DNA of 64,000 bases, from the NCBI GenBank assembly GCA_950097015.1, contig CATNEN010000015.1, forward strand, positions 1,922,001 through 1,986,000, read 5' to 3'. Both the position numbers and the translations under genes were made by a program. Shown here piece after piece: positions 1 through 9,163 of this stretch (its first letter is position 1; each line of letters opens with the position of its first letter). The DNA comes from Macrostomum hystrix (Eukaryota > Animalia > Platyhelminthes). Below the pieces are notes generated by a model, which did no database searches, was not told the origin of the DNA, and saw only the letters and a list, made by a program, of their open reading frames with translations.

Positions 1-981
1 CTAGATAAATACATTACTTAAACCAGCGCACCATTTTCAGGGAAAGGGACAATAATGTTACATTACCCCCTCTTCCGAAAAAACAATGTCCTCATTGTTA
101 CAGTAGAGTAAAGATTAGAAGCACACTACTATGAGTAGAAAGTTGGTACAGGTATACGGTAGAACGGTAGAAAAAATTGGCTATAAGGGAAAGGTAGACG
201 GTTTGCATTTATTTATTCTTTTTTAATTGAATTAACACAATTATTGGAAGGGTGCTGACGTGCCGAGAGTACAACGAGAGAAAAAAATCAGGGGACTCAA
301 GGTTGTCATGAAGCACACAAAACAAAATGTACTTTTAACTTGAGTACCTAAGAATATTACATTATCCCCTCCTTAGAAGAAATACAATGTCCTCATTGTT
401 GGACAATACTATAAAAAAGACTACAGTAACACATACTAATAAAAAAGTACAAGAAAAAAGAGATCTAGGAGAGGTACTCACAGACATTGCAAATCCTAAC
501 TTCTGCCAAATACATGTGATGATGCAAAGACGTTTTCACAAAGGAATGCTAACACCAGACACATAAAGGAGAGTTAACATGCACAATAAGCCTGGCCAAT
601 GGGTATCAGCATCACCCAAGGCCTCCCATGCACAACCAGCGCTGACACGAGGACAAGATTGTTTCAAACAGGAAACAGCCAAAAATGGGAACCTGCTGAA
701 CAAAACCACTGCGTGCAGTACTGCCATTGGCACAAACAATCGCCGGAACGAATCAATATTAGAAAGAAGCAATGGTAATGAAGACTTACAGTAAGAAATA
801 AATAACTAAAACATACAAAAATTAGTCCGCGTTAGTCCGCGTTATTCATCTTAGCTTTGCAGCTGATCCGATTGCTTCGCTACTGCAGATCTAACTTCGA
901 GCTCCAAAGCTGATTGGCACGCACTTCATGAAGTTCAGTCATAATTGGTCAGAAGATCCAGCGGAGTCTCGTGGAATCCGC

Positions 982-1194
982 GTCCTGGCGTGGTCGCCAA
1001 TGTAGCCGGAACGATTTAAATTATATTTTTTCGAATTATCTTACTACGAAAGTATTTATTGGTTATATCAGCGCAACGCTCGCCCGCGCCGCACACGGAA
1101 AAGACGCGAATATGACTTTAAAATAATATAAAAAAATAAATTGTGCGTTGCACATAAAGCTATTTGACAGGTTGAATCCGGTCAAGTTTCTACA
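982..1194 (-). mobile_element. LTR retrotransposon 5' LTR (about 1194-1001) plus primer-binding site (999-982); internal region decayed
   Basis: Minus strand reads TGTAG(1194)...CTACA(1001)-T-TGGCGACCACGCCAGGAC. This is a TG..CA-bounded segment containing AATAAA, followed by an 18-nt PBS resembling the complement of a tRNA-Arg 3' end. No intact gag/pol at 1-981. The outer LTR boundary is tentative. Confidence 0.6.
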
Positions 1195-2013
1195 ATGTAA
1201 TATAGCAGATTAGTTTCCGCGAACACAAATTCCTGCATGGTATTATTTCAAAACTTCCAATTTTGAAGCTCGAGGCTTTACAGTATATTTTTCTTGTACG
1301 AAAAGGCAGAATACATGCATGGTACATATAGATAACTGAGATCGAATAATATGTATGTCTTTTGATCCACTCAACACATGCATTCAAATTGTATTGTATT
1401 TAAATAAAAGGTCTACCTGCCTTCCTACATATCAGCTAGCTACATGCACAGTTGTATAAGCGGATTGACTGTATTAGCTAGTGAAATCGATTCTCTATTC
1501 TATGCATCCAGAGCTGCTGTATTTCTTCCGGTATTCGGTTACAGTCTGTCCATCAAAGATATAGACTCAAAGTCTAGAGCAGGGGAAAAAACAGCAGACG
1601 GATCTAATTTCTAGGATTTGTGCTTGCTAAAAATACGCATTTGTTTTTTTTCTGACCAACTTTTCTCAGGCACATACAATCTTTTACCATATTGATGCAT
1701 GCACCGCTAAAGTCGGAAAGCATTTTGACATCTCTCCAATGAGTTCAGTTTTCAATTCATCGGCTGTAATCAAGGCCCTCTGCCATCGGGTGCTTAAGGG
1801 CAAAATTCAAGCGTTTTGACGAGAAACTAACCCCATTGCATGACATTGAAATGTTCAAAAGGATCGGCTTTAAAAATTAAATAGGCCAAAAATGCATGCA
1901 GGGTGCATCAATGCAGGCCTATCAGATTGCATAAGCCGATTAACTAGCCCCAACTTCTGATCCCGCTGCAGGGAAATAGCCTGCGGTGACGCACGCCAGC
2001 TCATGAAGCGCTT

Positions 2014-2027
2014 GTTACCATGGCAAC
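2014..2027. promoter_or_regulatory. RFX X-box (GTTACCATGGCAAC)
   Basis: Exact match to the near-palindromic X-box consensus GTTRCCATGGYAAC, about 200 bp upstream of an ATG, with a GTAAGC donor at about 2158 suggesting a 5'UTR exon. Confidence 0.65.
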
Positions 2028-2225
2028 CAATCCCTGCTTCGCTGGCTCCATCATGCGTGCGGTGGCCAACCCGCCTTAGAATGTAGCTGCAGTGCATTAC
2101 AAAAGCCACACACTCGAAAACATGCAGTGGTTGGGGAAATCCTATCAAAGAGGCCAGGTAAGCGGAAAGATTTAGGTCACAGAAGCTATCCGTGTTAAGC
2201 ACAGAGACAGTTCAGTGTGAGACTC

Positions 2226-5200
2226 ATGGGTTGTGGAGCTTCCAACCAGACGGCTGGAGGCGAGCCAAGCACGCCAAGGCCTCGATCCGGCGCCAGGCCG
2301 ATACGTAGGGAGCCCCGGCCGCTGAACAGTCGTCACGCCAGTCCGAACGCCAGCCAGCGATGGCAGAACAGCCAGAATTTGGATCACAGTGCCGCCAGGC
2401 GAGGCTCCGGAAATTTCCTGCAGGTGAGGCTCGTTAGAAGTTGAGCACTCTCTTGTACATGTGCAGTTTGGTGTCCTAAGGCCAACATTACCAGGTAGTT
2501 TGAATGGTCGAGCTGGTAAAAGTTTAAATAGTGCAGCATACATTCTACGCTGAGTCTCTGCGAAGGTGTCATGGAGGCTAGCTGCAGCAGCTCCTGCAGA
2601 ACCGGCTGCGGACACAAGGACTCGGCGCGGACGTCACCGCGTTGACTTGTTTCTCGAGCGAGTCCGTCAGCGTCCAGGTCTCGGCATTGTACAGCCAAGC
2701 AAGACGGTCTCGACCATGGCCGGGAACAGTGGTTTAGTCAGGATTTTCGTCTGGGGTGGCCACGCTGAATGGGGACGCCATTACCCTGCCGGGAGCGCCA
2801 CTACTGGGGCGGGGGGCGCCACTAGTAGGGGGCGCCACTACCACGGGTGCATCAACTACTCGTACTAAGGGGGCACCAATAGTAGGGGGCGCCACTACCA
2901 TGGGGGTGAAACTACCATGGGGGCGTCACTCCCAGGGGATCGCCAGTACTGGGGGCGCCAGTATTGGGGGGCGCCACTACCAGGGGGCGCCAGTATTGGG
3001 GGGGGGCAACTACCAGGGGCGCCAGTACTGGGGAGCGCAACTACCAGGGGCGCCAGTACTGGGGGGCGCAACTACCAGGGGGCGCCAGTACTGGGGGGCG
3101 CAACTACCAGGGGCGCCAATAGATTTTTCGGTGGATTAATGGATCGCGGCTCTACACATTTTTCCGGTCAAATTCAACGTTTTGCCAATCAGCTTAGCTA
3201 AGTTTCATTCAAGTTAGCCAGTCTATGGTATTCGCAGTCGACGCGCCATTCAACTTAGACAACTATCGTTCAAGTTCGCCAGGCATTCAAGTTCAACACG
3301 CCATGGCAGGGTGTGTTTTGTCTATGGCAAGAAGGGGTAACAAGCTCGAAAAACGATTTTCAAATTTGACAACTTGCAAGCAAATTCAACAAAAGCAGAA
3401 CCCTTGAAAGCCGAAGTTTAACTGTTGCTCTGTGCCAATGGCTGATCATATGGACGAAGAGGAGCACGACAGTGTGGAAGAGGAAGACGATGCGGAGGAC
3501 CGTGTACGCTATAATACGATTTCGAATGAGGATAGAGCCCGTCTGTTGGATGCACACGCAAACGGCGAAGACTTCGTCCATCTGGCGGGGCTGCTGAATA
3601 TCAATAGAGCTACAGCATACTCAATTGTGCGTTCCGGAAGGAGGGAGAAAAGACCGATGGGTGGAAGAAGAAATGCGAAATTTGACATCGAGATGGCACA
3701 GTACTGTTGCGAACTGCTAGACGACAACAGTGTTCTAACTCTGGAGGAGATCAAGGAACAATTACGCGCCAGGTTTCCAAACAAGCCGACTGTCACAATT
3801 TCGACACTGAGCCGTCAGTTGGACGGCCTGATGTTCACCGTTATGCTCGTTCGCGACACACCCGCAGAAAGAAACTCACCGGCAGTCCTGGCTGAGCGCG
3901 AGGCATACTGCAATTGGTGGTGTTCAGCCAATGTCATAAACGCAGCAAAGGTGTACTTCGACGAGTGTGGATTCGACAGCTGGATGAGACGATCACAGGG
4001 ACGTGCCGTGCGGGGTCAACGGGCGTACCGGAAGGTTGCCGGTCAAAAGGGTCCACACATCACCGTCTGCCTGGCTATGCCACCGGAAATCGGAGTGGTG
4101 CACTTTCAAATATACGCCGCCGGGATGACGAAGGAGCGATTCGCGGAATTCTCTCGCGTCTCGCGGCCATCACGGTGAACGACAGTGTCACACCTGACAA
4201 GTGCCAACAGTGGTACAACCACTGTCCTCGGCGATTGACACGTAACGATCTATCAGCTGGAAAACTCTTACACACTGTGGTGAACTTTGGCACTGTTGTT
4301 TTCCGCAATTTCTTGTTATAATTATTGCTCAATACAGTTCTGCTTTTGTTGAATTTGCTTGCAAGTTGTCAAATTTGAAAATCGTTTTTCGAGCTTGTTA
4401 CCCCTTCTTGCCATAGACAAAACACACCCTGCCATGGCGTGTTGAACTTGAATGCCTGGCGAACTTGAACGATAGTTGTCTAAGTTGAATGGCGCGTCGA
4501 CTGCGATTACCATAGACTGGCTAACTTGAATGAAACTTAGCTAAGCTGATTGGCAAAACGTTGAATTTGACCGGAAAAAGGTGTACTTGCTCCCTCCTGG
4601 CCAGGAACAGTTTCGCCCTCTGGCGATCTGGCGAGGGTCCCGGACTGCAGGACTGGCATCTCAGAAACAAAGGCGAACCCGCGGGATCGTCGCAAATCGA
4701 CGAGTTCTCGTTTGACGAGCACCTAAAACGGATTATTAGCAGGTATCGCTAAAAATTCATTGCCGCAGGTGCAGGATCAAAATGAACAGCAGCTGCATCG
4801 ACTTCGGCAGTCGACATCGCCCGACTCCGCCAGTCCCACAGCCGCGCCAGAGGATCAGCTGCTAAGGGAGCTGAACCGTCAGAGGCGTGAGGTTTTCTCC
4901 AACGGCCAGCATCCGCTGTCGATGCACGAGGAGGCCTGTAAGGTGGCTAAAGAGGCGGCGGCTGCAGCGGCTGCGTTGTCAGAGGCTGATCCAGGCGCTG
5001 CAGTTGAGAAAAAGTCAGCTGATATTGAAGGTCGCTCGTACCGACTTCTGACAAGAATTTTAACTGTGCAGGAGGGTCAGAACAGTGAGTTAAACTCTGG
5101 TGACAAGGACAACTAACATTGCACTGTGTAATCCTCTATGGTGAATCCATTTTGGTTTGAAAATATTGTACGAGTGAGCAATGTAATGATAAGTTATAAG

Positions 5201-6971
5201 CAACAATTTTGGCGGAAAATTTTAGCCCGTGTTCTGGCTTTTCAATGGAAGTACCCTCGTGGCCTTTCTTCTGTGCGAAGGGATTAAATATGGGGAAAAT
5301 CTTCCTAACTCTTTTGACATGTTTGCCTATTTTCAAAAGAGCTATTTATTGATTTCAATGGCTTTGCTTAAGTATGCTCAGTGAGTTAAAAATATAGTTA
5401 AAAGTAAGCCAAACCCAAGCGATTTATTTATCTCGGATTTTCTAGTAATTATACCCAACACATGCGTTGAGCAAATCATTAAACAAGTGCCGTTTAGAGT
5501 GCTCATGATAAACCTGTGTACAGTCCATGGACTGGCGGGGCCACCACACGAAACTCAAACCAGAAGACAACGCCTCACTCGAAAAGTTTCATGTTTCGCA
5601 CAACAAATCTGGTGCAAATGTACCTGGGAAATGTCCATTTCTTTCCAGTACCGCTCTACATGACCAACCTGATGACTGACGTCAAGTCTGCAAGTGAAGG
5701 AGACGAGAGCGCCGATCAGCAGGTTGTGTCAGCAAAATCAGGTGAGCTTTGCTGCTGTACATTAAAAGTACATTCAGCAAATAAACGACTCACGCCAGGC
5801 AGAAAAAAATGACTCAGAAAGTTGTTCAGTTGAGACATCCGTAGCCACTTCCACAGTCCCTACTATAAACTTATAGGAGTGTCGAGGAGCGAATGGAACG
5901 CAATATGCTGGTCGTTTAAACTCCAATACGAGAATGTACCGCTGAACTTTTTAGAAGAGCGAAAAAAAGAATTTTTTGTTTTAAGTTTGTCAGAAAATGT
6001 GCATTTTTTGTTACTTTCCTAAACTTTGTTTCAACAGTTATAGAACGAATTCTTTCTGAGTCTCCCAAAATGTTCAACCATCGCCATGAAAATCCAGAAC
6101 ACAGCCTAGAATTTTCCGCTTTATCCGACCGACGTGTCTCCAGCCGCAACCCAGCCGCATCACTTTTTAAAATCACTTGTACCACTTGCAAAATCCGTCT
6201 TTTCTAATAGATTTTGACTAGATTTAATTATAAATCTAATTTTGCAAAACTCAAAATAACATACAGGAAGTAAGTCCGATTCGTCGTATTCTTAGTATCA
6301 CAAAATTCCGGGTCAAATTCAGAAAGCACACGCGAAGAAAATGTAAACGAAGGATTTTGTCTATAACTTTCGAACCGTTGGATCAAAATGCCTAATTTTG
6401 CACAGGGTTGTATAAAAATATGTGCTTGAGGTGGTACAAATGTGGTACAGGCCGTATGTATTCTATTTTTGGAGAGAAAAGACCATTTGCTACCGGAAAT
6501 GACTTCATTAAAACTTCAGACGATGATTTTTTATTTTTGATTTTTGACGCAAGTGATCAGCCCAATGCCAGCCGCACCGATTTTTTAAATCCGGAAATTT
6601 GAAGGCTTCAAAAGTGACATGATTAGCAATATGAAATCTAGTCAAAATCTATTAGAAAAGACGGATTTCTGGGAATTTGAAATACACTGACCAGTCATTC
6701 CACCAGCTCGCCAGCTCGCCTTCAAGCTAAAACGAGCAGACACACAATCTGAAACTAAAATTTAGTTTAACTGTAAACTGTATATCACCAAAACCTGCGC
6801 CCAGACCTTTGCTTCTGGACATTGGTCGGAGACTTTGGCTGCTCAGTGGTGAATTTTGTTCGAGCAGCCATCGGCAGCACAGCCGCATCCAATGGCCAAC
6901 ACGATGACAACAAGACAGATGAGGCTGGAACTGAACTGGTGGCATTGGCCATGGCTTTCCATCAGCTCTGA
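2226..6971 (+). CDS. Putative uncharacterised protein with N-terminal MGCGAS acylation motif; exons 2226-2423, 4769-5030, 5649-5741 and about 6805(or 6864)-6971
   Basis: Exon 1 MGCGASNQTAGG...GNFLQ|gtgagg (phase 0). ccgcag|VQDQNEQQLHRLRQ...DIE-G|gtcgct (phase 1). tttccag|PLYMTNLMTDV...SAKS-G|gtgagc (phase 1). Last exon ...AAIGSTAASNGQHDDNKTDEAGTELVALAMAFHQL*. Intron phases are mutually consistent. No family recognised; the last acceptor is uncertain. Confidence 0.5.
2540..2730 (-). mobile_element. RTE-like non-LTR retrotransposon fragment (RT C-terminal region), degraded
   Basis: Minus translation includes LYNAETWTLTDSLEKQVN, matching the LLYxxETWTLT motif of RTE-clade RTs. Closely similar to the copy at 63840-63930. 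Confidence 0.7.
2770..3120. repeat. Imperfect GC-rich tandem repeat built on GGGGCGCCA / CTACCAGGGGCGCCAGTACT units
   Basis: About 15 recurrences of GGGG(G)CGC(C/A)A with G-runs of 4-8. Confidence 0.8.
3155..4583 (+). mobile_element. IS630/Tc1-mariner superfamily DNA transposon, internally deleted; TIRs 3155-3401 and 4337-4583; TA target duplication
   Basis: TA|CACATTTTTCCGGTC...GACCGGAAAAAGGTG|TA. The 247-bp TIRs differ at only about 2 positions I could see. Encloses a transposase ORF. Confidence 0.92.
3438..4178 (+). CDS. Truncated IS630/Tc1-like transposase (HTH domains plus first catalytic Asp only)
   Basis: HTH-like LAGLLNINRATAYSIVR and winged-helix TISTLSRQL segments, then VYFDECGF...GRAVRGQRA (first DDE Asp). 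The DNAxxH and YSPxLNPIE motifs are absent. The C-terminal tail (KCQQWYNHCPRRL) follows in another frame. Confidence 0.85.
   Translation: MADHMDEEEHDSVEEEDDAEDRVRYNTISNEDRARLLDAHANGEDFVHLAGLLNINRATAYSIVRSGRREKRPMGGRRNAKFDIEMAQYCCELLDDNSVLTLEEIKEQLRARFPNKPTVTISTLSRQLDGLMFTVMLVRDTPAERNSPAVLAEREAYCNWWCSANVINAAKVYFDECGFDSWMRRSQGRAVRGQRAYRKVAGQKGPHITVCLAMPPEIGVVHFQIYAAGMTKERFAEFSRVSRPSR
6191..6668. mobile_element. MITE-like element with 35-bp perfect inverted repeats
   Basis: AAATCCGTCTTTTCTAATAGATTTTGACTAGATTT at 6191-6225 and its reverse complement at 6634-6668, with a non-coding AT-rich interior. TSD not identified. Confidence 0.55.
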
Positions 6972-7171
6972 CAGCCTTTGGCATTATGCTGTCGAAATTG
7001 CCTGCCAACATTTTCATTATACACTTTGAACTGTCTGAATTAATTAGTGACAAACCTAATCTAAAAATAGGGTTTAACTTACGAGCTATAGTCAGCACAC
7101 CTATTCCTTCTGAGCACAGGAGATCATGCACATAGAGCGACATCAACCTGAATCTAAGTGATTATGGAACT

Positions 7172-7580
7172 AGGATCTGTGAGGTAGATGACATACCAAA
7201 CTGAGGATATGTGAGGTAGATGACATACCAAACTGAGGATCTGTGAGGTAGATGACATACCAAACTGAGGATCTGTGAGGTAGATGACATACCAAACTGA
7301 GGATCTGTGAGGTAGATGACATACCAAACTGAGGATCTGTGTGGTAGATGACATACCAAACTGAGGATCTGTGAGGTAGATGACATACCAAACTGAGGAT
7401 ATGTGAGGTAGATGACATACCACACTGAGGATCTGTGAGGTAGATGACATACCAAACTGAGGATCTGTGAGGTAGATGACATACCAAACTGAGGATATGT
7501 GAGGTAGATGACATACCAAACTGAGGATCTGTGAGGTAGATGACATACCACACTGAGGATCTGTGAGGTAGATGACACTA
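7172..7580. repeat. Minisatellite, 32-bp unit ACTGAGGATCTGTGAGGTAGATGACATACCAA, about 12 copies
   Basis: Direct reading of tandem units. Confidence 0.95.
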
Positions 7581-7607
7581 AACTGTGGTCAGACACCAAA
7601 CTGACAC

Positions 7608-7810
7608 AAACATTGCTTCATTGCATTGCTTCAGTTCACCCAGCTGTTAAATCAACTAGTTAATTCACCCAATCACCCAGGGGTAATTGAGGTTAATTTG
7701 GCGTCTTTCCTGTCCATGGACTGAATAGCCGCACGCAGTCTTAGCTGCGGCTGTGCTGTCGGCTGCACATCTGACCCATTATGTGCAGGTGTAATAAATT
7801 ACTATTATTA
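7608..7810 (+). mobile_element. SINE family 1, 5'-truncated copy
   Basis: Reverse-complement match to 16328-16520 (CATTGCTTCAGTTCACCCAGCTG...TCCATGGACTG...GCAGGTGTAAT plus an AT-rich tail). Confidence 0.8.
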
Positions 7811-8090
7811 ATGTTACTAAAACCCTAAAGCTTGCCTATAATACCTCACAAGCACTTTTGTCATTCAAATTATAAGCTTAGAGTTTCAATTAAAATACGT
7901 AGTTCATGCAATACTTGCAGTAGTTTATTGCACTCAGATTGCACGGAATTATATAGTCCTTTTCAAACATGGAAGATAACTATTTTACTAAGAAATACAC
8001 AGCTAAAAAAACATAAAAACAAGGCACAGGTGCCAAAAGTTGCTAGAAGGCTCTGAAACTCTGCATTTTTTTATTTCCATTATCCTAAGT

Positions 8091-8385
8091 GCGTACGATT
8101 CCTATTAGTTGCGTACGATTCCAATTAGTTTGGTACGATTCCTATTAGTTTGGTACGATTCCTATTAGTTTGGTACGATTCCTATTAGTTTGGTACGATT
8201 CCTATTAGTTTGGTACGATTCCTATTAGTTTGGTACGATTCCTATTAGTTTGGTACGATTCCTATTAGTTTGGTACGATTCCTATTAGTTTGGTACGATT
8301 CCTCATAGCTTAGTACGATTCTTCTTAGTTTGGTCCTATTCCTACTAGTTTAGTACGATTCCTACTAGTTTTGTACGATTCCATG
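8091..8385. repeat. Minisatellite, 20-bp unit CCTATTAGTTTGGTACGATT, about 14 copies
   Basis: Direct reading. Confidence 0.95.
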
Positions 8386-8559
8386 GTACTCAGTACTATC
8401 ACAACTTCAGGTAGATGAAATTCTTCTGCAGTTAAATATTTTTGTCGATTAGGCAGGCGGTGAACTGAGGCGACGACAATTCTCAACGGCTTCGGCGATA
8501 CTTTAATGTTTGGGGCGATTCCCTACGTCGTAGTATGACAAAGTATGACAAAATTCTCT

Positions 8560-8965
8560 ATGGCTTGGGACGATTCTCTATGGCTTGGGACGATTCTCTA
8601 TGGCTTGGGACGATTCTCTATGGCTTAGGACGATATTCCATGGCTTGGGACGATTCTCTATGGCTTAGGACGATTCTATATGGCTTGGGACGATTCTCTA
8701 TGGCTTGGGACGATTCTCTATGGTTTGGGACGATTGTCTATGGCTTAGGACGATTCTCTATGGCTTAGGACGATTCTCTATGGCTTGGGACGATTCTCTA
8801 TGGCTTAGGACGATTCTCTATGGCTTGGGACGATTCTCTATGGCTTGGGACGATTCTCTATGGCTTAGGACGATTCTCTATGGTTTGGGACGATTCTCTA
8901 TGGCTTGGAACGATTCTCTATGGCTTGGGAAGATTCTCTATGGCTTGGAACAATTCTAAATAGCT
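8560..8965. repeat. Minisatellite, 20-bp unit TGGCTTGGGACGATTCTCTA, about 20 copies
   Basis: Direct reading. Confidence 0.95.
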
Positions 8966-9163
8966 TTGGACGATTCCTAAATTATGTAAAAAAAAGTTGT
9001 CTTTAATTGACAGCAAAAGAGCTTCAGCCATGTGTTACAATCATCAGGCAATTAATATATCAAATATCGATAGAACAAGATGAAATCCTGTCCACAATGA
9101 AACCAGCCTATATTAGACTACAATAACAATTTAGAAAACAGCTAGCAGACTAAGCAAAACAGT

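Noticed and set aside
4605-4742. Additional coding exon (SFALWRSGEG...DEFSFDEHLKRIISR)
   Set aside because: Protein-like and flanked by AG/GT, but its phases (2/2) fit neither neighbouring exon and the following intron would be 26 nt. It remains possible if there is an assembly indel or an unseen exon.
7172-7580. CRISPR-like appearance of regular 20-57-bp repeats (here and elsewhere)
   Set aside because: Units are head-to-tail with no unique spacers, there are no cas genes, and the context is eukaryotic.
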